Assembly (NCBI GenBank): GCA_951406725.2
Contig: OX597815.1
Span: 160,270,001 to 160,334,000, forward strand
DNA from: Octopus vulgaris
Lineage: Eukaryota
Length of the DNA stretch: 64,000 nt
Reading direction: 5' to 3'
A program made the translations under genes and the position numbers. How positions within the stretch are numbered: the first letter of the stretch is position 1; each line of letters opens with the position of its first letter. Below the pieces are notes generated by a model, which saw nothing but the letters and a program-made list of their open reading frames with translations, did not search any database and was not told the DNA's origin. Below are positions 26,638 through 39,370 of this stretch, piece by piece.

Positions 26638-27497
26638 TCCAGCAATATCATCTATTGCATCTCCTGCTCTCTCTGCCATTCTCTGTACATCGGACAAACG
26701 GGATGCCGTTTGGCTGACCGGTTCGCGGAACCCCTCCGAGACATCTGCCTCGGCAATGACACCCCGGTCTCACACCATTTCTGCTCCACCGGTCACTCCT
26801 TGCAACACCTGTCTGTATTCAGATTGTCGTTGCACAGAGGCCATCCAGACTCCCGCTTGCGCCGTGAACAGGGATTAATCTTCTCTTTTTGCTCTTTTAT
26901 ACCATTTGGGCTCAACTCTTCCCCTCTTTTCATCTAACCTCCTCCCCACCTCTATCTCCACCCTCTGCCTACCCACAAACCCCAACTCTACCCCAACCCT
27001 CAGCTGAGCCCACACCCCACCTGTGCTTTCCCCATTCTCGCCTCCCCCACCTCCCAACAACATCATACCACACCACACTACACCATACAACTTTACACAT
27101 CACATCACAACACACCACCCACACACCCATCCCCACATTTTCACACCTACACATACACACCCAGACCACCAGCCCTCTTTCACACGCACATATACACTCT
27201 CTTATACACACACGCACCTTCATGTTGGGGGTCATCTTTACTTTGTTATCTCCCCTACTTTCCCTCTCGTGTGTGACCCTTCTGTCCGAGTCCGTCGCCA
27301 TGATAGATTTTTAGCCACTACACACATTTTTTTTCTTTCCATGTCTCTCTCCTTGTTTTTTCTGTGTCCCTTTCTGTAGAAGAGCGTAGGCTCGAAACGT
27401 AAAAGACTTTTTCTATTCCTGAGCGTTATACTAATACATCTGTTTGTTTTGTATGCCACCTATCTTCGTCTTTTGTTTTTTTTGTAATCTCTCCCTA
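26638..27497 (+). mobile_element. 5'-truncated Penelope-like retroelement: GIY-YIG endonuclease C-terminus + 3' tail with HHR
   Basis: SSNIIYCISCSLCHSLYIGQTGCRLADRFAE...PVSHHF...H...RLRREQGLIF...PFGLN has the PLE-type GIY-YIG pattern (IY-x-I-x-C-xx-C...YIGQT...R...E...GLN). It is followed by a C-rich UTR, the HHR at 27370 and a tail ending in (TA)n. Confidence 0.9.
27370..27405 (+). ncRNA. Minimal hammerhead ribozyme motif in PLE tail (A6>U)
   Basis: CUUU-CUGuAGA-A-GAGC(GUAG)GCUC-GAAA-C-GUA-AAAG. Stem I CUUU/AAAG, GUA cleavage triplet. Confidence 0.75.
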
Positions 27498-27521
27498 TAT
27501 ATATATATATATATACATATG

Positions 27522-27559
<38 letters not shown>

Positions 27560-27609
27560 TAAATATTTGTTGTGCAAGATTTTTTATGTGAAGTCGTGTG
27601 TTGAAACAG

Positions 27610-29038
27610 ATATTGTTATATTTCGGAATGGTCATATTGCCAGTTTAGCCAATAAAAACACACGCACTATATATTTGGTGTTATTTTGCTTCAGTGATAT
27701 TTATTTTTTACATTAATCTTAATCTTATTTCGGCCAAAGTTCTTTCGTCACACTCCTGTGACCGCATCAGTGGTCCTTTGTTTTCTTCTCACTTACTTGT
27801 GTCTCTCCTTACTAACCGTCAGCCATTTTGTATTTCTATTGTATGTCTTCATTTGCACATGCTTATATCTCTATGTGCGTTTATGTTTATTTAGTGTGTG
27901 TGTGGGGGATGCCTGTAATATTTGTATCTTCTGGTTATATACATTCTTGTAATTTGTATTTTGTTTTTGTTGTTGTTGCTTTTGTTCTAATTTTGTTCAT
28001 GTGTTTACATCCACCCATTATTATCATTACATATGCTTGTATGTATGTATAACAACAATATTAGTAATAATAATAATAAATCTAATCGAGAATTAAAAAA
28101 AAAAAAAAAAAGAATATACATATACATATATATATATATATACATACATATACATATACATATATATATATATACATATACACACATATATACACATATA
28201 CATATACATATATATACTATATATACATATATATAGATATTCATTTCTATTTCTTTAATTACCTGTGTATTTATTATGTTTGCAGGATCCACTATTGTCA
28301 TATGTTGTGGTGTGCGCTATTGCTCCATTCTAGAATGGAGCAATAGCGCACACCACAACATATGACAATAGTGGATCCTGCAAACATAATAAATACACAG
28401 GTAATTAAAGAAATAGAAATGAATATCTATATATATGTATATGTGTATATATATGTATATGTATATGTGTATATATGTGTGTATATATGTATATATATAT
28501 ATGTATATGTATATGTATGTATATATATATATGTATATGTATATTCTTTTTTTTTTTTTTTCTCGATTAGATTTATTATTATTATTACTAATATTGTTGT
28601 TATACATACATACAAGCATATGTAATGATAATAATGGGTGGATGTAAACACATGAACAAAATTAGAACAAAAGCAACAACAACAAAAACAAAATACAAAT
28701 TACAAGAATGTATATAACCAGAAGATACAAATATTACAGGCATCCCCCCCACACACACACTAAATAAACATAGACGCACATAGAGATATAAGCATGTGCA
28801 AATGAAGACATACAATAGAAATACAAAATGGCTGACGGTTAGTAAGGAGAGACACAAGTAAGTGAGAAGAAAACAAAGGACCACTGATGCGGTCACAGGA
28901 GTGTGACAAAGAACTTTGGCCGAAATAAGATTAAGATTAATGTAAAAATAAATATCACTGAAGCAAAATAACACCAAATATATAGTGCGTGTGTTTTTAT
29001 TGGCTAAACTGGCAATATGACCATTCCGAAATATAACA

Positions 29039-29042
<4 letters not shown>
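27610..29042. repeat. About 1.43-kb spacer-less palindrome (arms about 720 bp)
   Basis: Centre GCGCTATTGCTCCATTCT|AGAATGGAGCAATAGCGC at 28331/28332. Arms are reverse-complementary out to ATATTGTTATATTTCGGAATGG / CCATTCCGAAATATAACAATAT. Mirrored ORFs in the track (28005-/28362+, 28033+/28317-). Confidence 0.97.
27732..27776 (-). ncRNA. Variant hammerhead-like motif in palindrome arm (mirror copy 28878-28921 on +)
   Basis: GGACCA-CUGAUGc-G-GUCACA(GGAG)UGUGAC-GAAA-GAACUU-UGGCC. Position A9 is C. The right-arm copy lacks the G of GAAA. Confidence 0.5.
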
Positions 29043-29108
<66 letters not shown>

Positions 29109-29579
29109 GCTTATATATTTATGTATATATATGCTTATATATTTATATATTATCTTTTACTTATTTCAGTCATTAGACTGTGGCTATGCGAGGGCATTGC
29201 CTTGAAGAATTATTTTTAGTCACATAAATCAACTTATTTGCTTAAGCCTGGCATTTATTCTACAAATCTCTTTTGCTGAGCCACTAAGTTATGAGGATGT
29301 AAACACACCTAGACAGATTGTTAAGTAGTAGTGGGAGACAAATACGCACACATACACAATAGGCTTCTTTCAGTTTCAGTTTATCAAATCCACTCACAAG
29401 GCTGTGGTTGATCTGAGGCTTGCCCAGTATGCCATACCGTGGAACTAAATCTGGAATCATGTGCTTGGGAAGCAAGCTTCTTAGCACAGAGTCACACCTG
29501 TGCCTATATATGTTTATACATCAATGACATCATCCTCATTTTATGTCTGTTTTCTGTATTGACATGATTTGAATAGATC

Positions 29580-29806
29580 AGAACTGGCAGAAATGTAAGC
29601 ATACTGGGCGATATGCTTAGCAGTATTTCGTCTGCTGTTACATTCTGTGTTCAAATCCCGCCAAGGTCGACTTTGCCTTTCATCCTTTCGGGATCGATTA
29701 AATAAGTACCAGTTATGCACTGGGGTCGATATAATCAACTTAATCCGTGTGTTTGTCCTTGTTTGTCCCCTCTATGTTTAGCCCCTTGTAGACAATAAAG
29801 AAATAA
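29580..29806 (+). mobile_element. SINE family B
   Basis: CTGGCAGAAA...GTTCAAATCCCGCC...GTCGACTTTGCCTTTCATCCTTTCGGG...TTAGCCCCTTGT...AAAGAAATA. Confidence 0.85.
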
Positions 29807-31759
29807 GATCTGTACTGTCCAAGTCAATTCTTATTCAGATGTACTGACCTTCCACAGAAGTTAGAGAAGCATATATCATTAACACATCCCAGTTTTTGGC
29901 ATAGTTTTTATAGCTAGAGGTACTTCCTAACATCAACCACACTACAGAGTTTTCTATATGCATTGTATCATGATATCAGTACTAAAGAAGTTATTCTTAG
30001 CAAAATCAATGAATTATCTTGATGTTACATTGTTTCTGCCAATTTACTTAACTCTTTAATCTCCGTACAGGGTGTCCTAAGTATATTTTATCATTGCACC
30101 AGCACTAGTGAAGTTGCCTTGTCCCTCACAAGACTAAAGAGACTATTCTGAATGGGTAACTAGAACGGAGGACAATGACAAAAGCTGAGCTAGGGTTAGA
30201 CAGTGAGAGAAGTGACAGTATTATGGGATGAACAGATTCATTAGGGAGAGTGGTAGGAGAAAGAAAGAAAGAGCAACACGAGAGAGAGAGAGAGGGAGAG
30301 AGAGAGAGAGAATGATAGAGAAGAGAGGGTAAAAGTGTAAGGGCAGTTGCAGAGACAGTAAAAAAAGAGAAGGAAAAAGAGGAATGAGGAAAGGAAAAGA
30401 CAGAAAGAGAGATAAATGGTAAGATAGATAGATGCAAAAATGGAAGAGTGGGTTGAAAGATATGACAGAAAGATAAATGAATGCAAACAATGAAAAAGGG
30501 TAGGTAAGTAGTGAAAAAAAAAGAAACAAAATGTAGGCAGAGAGAAAAAAATGATAAAAACGTAGGTATTTAGAGGAAACATTTTTCTGGTTCTCATAAC
30601 TCATCTTTATTTACCATTCAGTCGTTAGATTATTTTTTACTGATACTGTCTTTGTTTCAACATTCCACTGTAGTTGTTTGTCTATTGTGTCCTCTCATCT
30701 ATATCCTAGCAGCTTACATCACTGACATTGACAGATTGAGCAATATGGTAGAACAGTGTTGAAATTGAGGCAACATTTGGTCAACAACTGATGAGGCAGA
30801 GTGTATGATTGCATACATTTGTGTGTTTCTAGTAAATTTCTTTGTCATTCCTCTGTACAACTTTTCTCATTATATATGTATATATATATATGTGTGTGTA
30901 TGTGTTTGTGAAAGTGCATGGTTTTGGGAGCAAGGTATTTAGCTCATGACCCCATGATCAGGAGTTCAATTCCTGGCAGCATGTTTTTCCTTGAGCAAGA
31001 TGCTTTATTTCATGTTGCTCCAGTTCACTCAGCTGTACATGTAATCCAAAGGGCCAGCCTTGTCACAGGCAGTGTCATTCTTTTCCAATATTGTGCAAGA
31101 ATATGCTTGTCCACAAGTAAATATTACCTTATTTGGAAATAGGTGAGGGTTTGCATCCATCCACAGATAATCTGTTTCAACAAACTTCATTCAACCCATG
31201 CAGGTATGGAAAAGTGAACATCAAAATAATTATGACAATGATGACAACGATATACATACAATACATATATATATATCTGATCTCTCTCTCTCTTTCTCTC
31301 TAGCTGGGTAACCATGTACCTCCTCTACAGTAAAACACCTGTTTCTGTCTCTCTGTCACACTCTAACCTTTGATCATCTGGCACAAGATAACCTCTTCCA
31401 ATATCCACTTCCCCTCTCAAAGGATCTTTGTCTTGCAAGTTACTTGGTGACCCTGCCAGTGCTGGTTCCATGTAAAAAGCATTCAGTCCACACTGTAAAG
31501 TGGGTAGCATTTGGAAGGACATCCAGCTGTAAAAACCACACCAAAACTAACCTCACCTATGCTGGTGCCATGTGAAAAGCACTCATTCCACTCTGTGGAG
31601 TGGTTGGCATTAGGAAGGGCATCCAACCATGAAAATCATGCCAAAACAGACACAAGTGTGATGCAGTCTTCTGCCTGATCAGCTCCTGTTAAACTGTCCA
31701 ACCCATACCAGCATGGAAAACTTATGTTTAATGACGATGATGATGATGATGATAATATA

Positions 31760-32150
31760 TTCTTTTATTTTTTACTTGTTTCAGTCTACTCACTGTGGCC
31801 ATGCTGGAGCACCACCTTGAAGGGTTTTAGTCGAACAAATCAACCTCTGGACTTATTTTTTTTAAAGTCTAGTACTTATTCTATTGGCCTCTTTTGCTGA
31901 ACTGCTAAGTTATGGATACATATACATACCAACACAGGCTGTCAAGTGGTATGGGGGGGATGTGACAAACACAAGCACAAAGACATACACCTTCTTTCAG
32001 TTTCTGTCTACCTAATCCATTCACAAAGTTCTGGTCAGCTGAAAGCGATAGTAGAAAACACTTGCTCAAGGTGCCATGCAGTAGGACTGAACCTGGAATC
32101 ATGTGATGGGGAGGCAATTTTCTTACCACACAGCCACACCTACACCTATG
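31760..32150 (-). mobile_element. SINE family A (diverged)
   Basis: Same head and tail as other family A copies. Confidence 0.75.
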
Positions 32151-34015
32151 TATGCAATATGGTGATATTGATTATGAATATTCGTAATTTGGTGAGAGAA
32201 ATACCATTAGGTAATGTTCTACATATTAAATGCAAATAGTGTAGAGTCTCACATAATACAGTGAGATGAAACACTTTTTCCTGTTGAGACTTTTCAAGCT
32301 ATTAGTTGTCAAAACTCCCTCTAGGGGTGTTTAAAATCTAAAAGCAACAAACAGGGGAGGCAATATATTTTGATATGAAAACTTATTCAACATTTTTAGG
32401 CAAGACATAATGCAAATTGCAATGAACCTAGCCATTAACCATTTTAATACTAACTCATCCCAGACTACCTGAGATTTTTGATTTTACCTGTTTTAAAGTA
32501 ATCTAAATTAGAATTTCCCATCAAAATTTTATTTCAATTTATGTACCAGTTTAATGATGCTATAGTTATTTTCTCATTAATTTTTCGCTAATTTCAAAAT
32601 TAATTGAAATAATGATGGGGTATTTGGTTAGAAATATGATAATGAAAGGTAATCATCTAATTTCAAATGTTTTTTCTTTTTAAACCAGAATCATTATTAC
32701 AGAACATGTTAGTTCAATCTCTATTCCTATATTTCAGAGTGAGAATTTAATTTCCCTTTTAGATTAGGCTTTTTCATATGCAGTGACAAATATGTTAAGA
32801 AGAGACAAATGACTGAGACCTATGGCAATATGCCATATTTGAGTAGAAGACCCATCAAACCAAGTGAAATAATAGTCGTGGTAGATACCGGTGTCATACA
32901 ACTGGCACTCATGCCGCTGGTGGCAGGTAAAATCACCCATTAAATTCACAGAGTGGTTGACATTAGGCAGGGCTTCCAGCTGTAGAAAGCATGCCAAATC
33001 AGACTGGAGTCTAGTGCAGCCCCTCAGCTTACCAACCCTGGTCAAACTGTCCAATCCATGCCAGCATGGACAATGGATGTTAAACGATGATGGTGATTTT
33101 GCTTGTTAAATTTAATGATGGCACAGGCATGGCTGTGTGGTAAAGAAACTTGCTTTGCAACTATGTGGTTTTGAGTTCAGTCCCATTGTGTGGCACCTTG
33201 GGCAAGTGTCATCCTCTATAGCCCCTGGCCAACCAATGCCTTGTTCATCTACTATGTTCATTCACAAGATTTAACACCTCCCCTGACATTGCTGGCCTTG
33301 TACCAAAATTTGAAACCAATATTATCATTACAAGTAAATAAATGCCTTTATGATCTCTTTTGATTTGACCAATACTTATTCCAACAACATGTAAAAAAAC
33401 AAAAGAGTTTAATAATACATTGCGTTTAAGAAATAGTTGCAATAAAGTATCGTATCTAAGCTATTAACAGCATATATATGCAATTATAAAAGGAAAAAAA
33501 GAAGAATTTAACAGGCACAAAAGCCAGTTATTTATTTATGGTTTCTGCTACCCTTTGAAGTCAATGGCAGGAATATAGGAATTATGGGTTAAAACAGCGA
33601 GAGAGCAAAATTCATAAAATGCAATCTATAAAATATATGATATTTTAATGAACCAACACAGAAGCCTCTATATGGTTGCTCCTCTATGTGGGGGCTCAGA
33701 CTTCTAGAAATAGCAGTTAAGTCTTCCTTTTATTACATCCTATCATTTTAAAAAGAAGGTATAATAAATTGGTTATTGCAGTCATAAATTCACTGTTTGA
33801 CAAAAAGAGGGATAATTAAAGCTTGAACATCTTTGCTCCTGTGATTTCTCAGGGGCTGACCTGGGCTAAGCCACAACGACGACAGAATCAACATTTTTAG
33901 TGGTGTGGCTGTGTGATAAGATGGCTGTTTCCCAACCACATGATTTCTGATTCAGTCCCACTGTGTTACACATAGACAGAAGCTGAAAGAAGCTCGCTGT
34001 ATGTATGTATATATA

Positions 34016-35294
34016 TCATCATCATCAACATCATCGTTTAACGTCCGTTTTCCGCGCTAGCACGGGTTGGACGGTTCGACCGGGGTCTGGGGAGCCAGGG
34101 GCTGCTCCAGGCTCCAGTCTGATCTGGCAGTGTTTCTACAGCTGGATGCCCTTCCTAATGCCAACCACTCCGTGAGTGTAGTGGGTGCTTTTTATGTGCC
34201 ACCTGCACAGGTGCCAGAGGGGTCTGGCATCGGCCACGATCGGTTGGTGCTTTTTATGTGCCACCGGTACAGAAGCCAGTCGAGGCGGTGCTGGCATCGG
34301 CCACGTTCGGATGGTGCCTTTTATGTGTCACCGGCACAGAAGCCATTCGAGGCGGGGTTGGCATCGGTCACGTTCGGATGGTGCTTTTTATGTGCCACCG
34401 GCACAGAAGCCAGTCGAGGCAGCACTGGCAACGGCCACGTTCGGATGGTGCTTTTTATGTGTCACCGGCACAGGTATCACAACTACTGTTTCCATTGATA
34501 TTTGGTTCGATGTTCATGTACATGCACTTGACTCAACAGGTCTCCTCAAGCACAGCGAGATGTTCCGGGATCCAAGGTACTTTGAATGGGCAGGGGGTAT
34601 GCGGAACTGGTGCTGGAAGCATCCCGGGTCTTAGTAGTCACAGCACATCTCCAGAGATCTCGGTCCTTCGCCATTGCCTCAGTGAGGCCCAACGCTCTGA
34701 GGCCATGCTTGACTACCTCATCCCATGTCTTCCTGGGTCTACCTCTCCCCCTGATTCCTTCAACTGTTCGGGGTGGCACTTCTTCACACATCTCTCCTCA
34801 TCCATCCGCAGTACATGACCATACCATCGCAAGCATCGCTCTTGCACACCGCATCTGATGCTTCTTATGCCTAGCATTTCTCTCAGGGTGCTTACACTCT
34901 GTCGTGCATTCACACTGACATTACACATCCAGCGGATCATGCTAGCTTCATTTTTTTCAAGTCTACGCATGTCCTCTGCAGTCACGGCCCATGTTTCACT
35001 GCCGTGAAGCATGGCAGTTTGCACACATGCATCATACAATCTACTTTTCACTCTGATTGAGAGACCCTTTGTCGCCAGTAGGGGTAGGAGCTTTCTAAAC
35101 TTTGCCCAGGCTATTCGTATTCTAGTGGTGACACTCTCTGAGCATCCACCCCCACTACTAACTTGGTCACCCAGGTAGCGGAAACTATCAACTACTTCTA
35201 GTTTCTCCCCCTGAAGTGTGATGGAATCTGTTTTCTGAGTATTTGTGGTGTCTATTGTCCCTGTGCATCTGCCGCACATGAAAGCTATCTTATC

Positions 35295-35296
<2 letters not shown>
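34016..35296 (-). mobile_element. 5'-truncated RTE-clade LINE (RT C-terminus, 3'UTR, (GAT)n tail)
   Basis: EKLEVVDSFRYLGDQ...TRIRIAWAKF...LYDACVQTAMLHGSETW...RCLRWYGHVLRM...GRGRPRKTW are typical RTE RT-thumb motifs. Relatively CpG-rich, so probably young. Confidence 0.92.
34184..34475. repeat. Tandem minisatellite (62-67 bp unit, about 4.5 copies) in the LINE 3'UTR
   Basis: GGTGCTTTTTATGTG(C/T)CACC recurs at 34184, 34246, 34313, 34380 and 34447. Confidence 0.9.
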
Positions 35297-35332
<36 letters not shown>

Positions 35333-35337
<5 letters not shown>

Positions 35338-36165
35338 CCATAAGGAGAAGCAAATTCTAACATTTTAGAAGGGAAGAATTCTTCTACAAGATACTGTAGT
35401 ATCAAAGTATACAGGTATCTTGAATTTAAACTTCATCATCATCATCATTTGCCATCCACTTTTTATGCTGGCTTAGGTTGGACGGTTTGACAGGAGTTGG
35501 CTAGGCTAGGCTTTGCTGTCTGTTTTGGCATGATTTTTACATGGATGCCCTTCCTAACACCAACTACTCCACAGAGAGGACTGAGTGATTTTCACATGGC
35601 ACCAGCACAAGTGAGGTCAGTTTTGGCATGTTTTTTTTACAGCTAGATGCCTTTCCAAATTCCAACCACTTTACAGTGTGGACTGTATGCTTTTTATATG
35701 GTACCAGCACCGGCAGGGTCACCAAGTAACTTGCAAGACGAAGATCCTTTGAGAGGAAATGTGGTAATGGCAGAGGTGATCTTGTGCAATATGATAAAAG
35801 GTTAGAGTGTGACATGGAGACAGAAATAGGTGTTTTGCTGTAGGGGTGATACAGGGTTACCCAATCAGAGAGAGGTAAGGAAAAATCTTGTATTTGTATA
35901 TATTCTTTTATTCTTTTACTTGTTTTAGTCATTTGACTGTAGCTATGCTAGAGCACTGCCTTAAATGGTTTTAGCTGAAGAAATTAATCCCAGAACTTAT
36001 TCTTTGTAAGCCTAGTTCTTATTCTGCCGAACTGCCAAGTTACAGGGGTGTAAACACACCAGCATCAGTTGTCAAGTGATGGTGGGTGGACAAACAAAGA
36101 CACACACACAAATGTATATTTATATATATATATATATATATGTGATGGTGGGTGGACAAACAAAG

Positions 36166-36227
<62 letters not shown>

Positions 36228-37004
36228 GTGTGTGTCTTTGTTTGTCCACCCACCATCACTTGACAACTGATGCTGGTGTGTTTACACCCCTGTAACTTGG
36301 AAGTTCGGCAGAATAAGAACTAGGCTTACAAAGAATAAGTTCTGGGATTAATTTCTTCAGCTAAAACCATTTAAGGCAGTGCTCTAGCATAGCTACAGTC
36401 AAATGACTAAAACAAGTAAAAGAATAAAAGAATATATACAAATACAAGATTTTTCCTTACTTCTCTCTGATTGGGTAACCCTGTATCACCCCTACAGCAA
36501 AACACCTGTTTCTGTCTCCATGTCACACTCTAACCTTTTATCATATTGCACAAGATCACCTCCGCCATTACCACATTTCCTCTCAAAGGATCTTCGTCTT
36601 GCAAGTTACTTGGTGACCCTGCCGGTGCTGGTACCATATAAAAAGCATACAGTCCACACTGTAAAGTGGTTGGAATTTGGAAAGGCATCTAGCTGTAAAA
36701 GAAAAACATGCCAAAACTGACCTCACTTGTGCTGGTGCCATGTGAAAATCACTCAGTCCACTCTGTGGAGTAGTTGGTGTTAGGAAGGGCATCCATGTAA
36801 AAATCATGCCAAAACAGACAGCAAAGCCTAGCCTAGCCAACTCCTGTCAAACCGTCCAACCTAAGCCAGCATAAAAAGTGGATGGCAAATGATGATGATG
36901 ATGAAGTTTAAATTCAAGATACCTGTATACTTTGATACTACAGTATCTTGTAGAAGAATTCTTCCCTTCTAAAATGTTAGAATTTGCTTCTCCTTATGAC
37001 ACAT
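35333..37004. repeat. About 1.67-kb inverted duplication centred on (TA)n (arms about 780 bp, about 99% identical)
   Basis: ATGTGCCATAAGGAGAAGCAAATTCTAAC... is mirrored by ...GTTAGAATTTGCTTCTCCTTATGACACAT. Mirrored ORFs 35564-/36403+. Centre near 36200 in (TA)n, with an extra tandem copy of a unit of about 65 bp at 36076-36140. Confidence 0.97.
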
Positions 37005-37879
37005 GAACGTGTTTTACTTACAGATTTTATTACCCATTATTCCTCACTGCAGACCATCACTAGTTTCTTTGAACTCTGGTTTTAGCCTTTAGCTTTTTTT
37101 TTTTTAAATATATTTTTATATTTTTTGAAGAAAGAGAAATTGTATTGTCAGTGACCCTACTTAGTTTGGTTATAAATGACATAAATTGCACAGAAAATAT
37201 GTAGTGAAGGAAATTACATTCATTGATGCTATTTTTTTAAAAAGAATCTTTGAGGTTTATAATATTTATGTTTAAAGCAATCACATATGTCTACTTTTCT
37301 GTTTTCTATGTTGATTTACTCTAAAATGTTGCTGAAAGCATTAAAAAAAAAATATGGCATTTTCAGTACGTGAGTTAGTTAGGAGATTATCTTAATAATG
37401 ATGCTCTATCTTTTATTTTTCTTTATTTTCTCTTCAATTATGATTCACTGGTGATTCATAAAGGCCAATCTATAAAGAATATATGATCTGATAGTAATAG
37501 TTTTTTTTTTCTCTTTTCTTTTTATACATGAAATTATACACAACCTTACCCCCTTTTTCAAACATTCTGTAAACAAGCCAACAAGGAAGACTGCTAGAAA
37601 TGTTAACCAAATCTCCTTCAAGGGATGAATACATTGCATAATGTGGTTTTAGATGCATTATGTCTGAAAAAAAAAGAAATGTGAGATGATCATGAATGAA
37701 AAAATCAGTTCATACAGAAGGGACAAAAGAAAAAAAAAACTCAACAGTATCAATAAGTACAAAGAATTCTTGAAAATAAATATAGTATTACTTAATTGTG
37801 AAATGACTTAACAGTCTTTTAAAAAAAAGCAATGAAATGGTTGGTGTTTTTACTCCTAATCATTTCTGATCAAACAGAA

Positions 37880-38105
37880 TTTATTTCTTTATTACCCACA
37901 AGGGGCTAAACACAGAGGGGACAAACAAGGACAGACAAAGGGATTAAGTCGATTATATCGACCCCAGTGCGTAACTGGTACTTAATTTATCGACCCCGAG
38001 AGGATGAAAGGCAAAGTCGACCTCGGCAGAATTTGAACTCAGAACATAGCGACAGACGAAATATGGCTACGCATTTCGCCCGGCGTGCTAACGTTTCTGC
38101 CAGCT
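37880..38105 (-). mobile_element. SINE family B, well preserved
   Basis: TATTTCTTTATTACCCACAAGGGGCTAAAC...CGACCCCAGTGCGTAACTGG...GTCGACCTCGGCAGAATTTGAACTC...CGTTTCTGCCAGCTC. Confidence 0.9.
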
Positions 38106-39144
38106 CAGTGATATACCAACTGTCACCATCTGTCTCTTTTGGTCATAGTCTATCTTGGGCTATATATCTAATGTAGTTTTCCTTTCATAAGCTGGGAATC
38201 TGTGTTTTGAGATAAATTCAGTTATTTGTAGAGGATAATGATGACAAAATAAATGCTCCTTATCATTTAGTTTAATAAACCAACAACATTCCCTCTGCTA
38301 GAAATTGCAAACAAATTGGAGAATGTCGTTAAAGTTACATTCTGCAGAATAAGTCATGGGGATGTCATGGCTATGATGCCTTTAATCGTAAGTCTGCTTG
38401 ATCACGACAAGTTGTGTTCACAAGAAAACATACATACAAGGGATTAAGTTTGTTATTTATTATTAATCATAAAAAATAACAATTTTTAACATTTTTCTAT
38501 GCACGGTACATTGAAGAATGTCATAAAAGTATTTTGGCAAACAATAACTTCGCAAAAGTTTATTATATAAAAACAACAAATATTAGAATTGTTTTCAAAT
38601 AGTGAATGGTGTATACCTTGCACTTTGCCGTAAAGGAATTTTGATACAAAGAATTAAAAATAGTAAAGTTTTCTAAATATTCTGTCATTTTCTAACACAA
38701 ATGTACCATAGCATAAAGGTTAAAAATGTCTGTCATGGAACAATATCAACCCTGATGGTTCAAGAGTTAGACGTCAACTGAACTGAATAGACAGATTTGT
38801 TTTTTTACAATGTTTATTCGCTGAAGCCTAGTTACTGATATAGGTTTACTGTATTATATTTACTGATTCATAAGGCCGCATGGCCTTCTGGTTACAGTGT
38901 TGCACTAACAATCATGAGATCAAGGTTTTGGTTCCTGGACCAGGCAGTGTGTCGTGTTCTTGAGCAAAACACTTCATTGCATGTTGCTCTGTGATCATTT
39001 AATGTCTGATGTGTAGTACACAATGCACCTGTACAGGCAATGTCGATTTGATGGAGGGAGTGAAAGAAATAATGTGCAGTACAAACATTTGATTCTTTTG
39101 AAACAGTTCATTTGTGCAAGTTGTTCAGCAAGAAATTGGCAGCA

Positions 39145-39370
39145 AGCTGACAGAAACATTAGCATGCCGGGCGAAATGCTTAGTGGTATTTTGTCTGCCG
39201 TTACGTTCTGAGTTCAAATTCCGCCAAGATCGACTTTGCCTTTCATCCTTTCGGGGTCGATAAATTAAGTACCAGTTATGCACAGGGGTCGATTTAATCA
39301 ACTTAATCGCTTTGTCTGTCCTTGTTTGTCCTCTCTATGTTTAGCCCCTTGTGGGTAATAAAGACATAAG
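39145..39370 (+). mobile_element. SINE family B
   Basis: Reverse-complement match to 37880-38105. Confidence 0.85.

Noticed and set aside
34184-34475. CRISPR-like periodic repeats
   Set aside because: Whole units repeat with no unique spacers, there are no cas genes, and the array lies in a eukaryotic LINE 3'UTR.
34713-35405. 230-aa ORF as a functional gene
   Set aside because: It is a chimera of palindrome arm, (TA)n and a truncated RTE RT C-terminus lacking the catalytic core.
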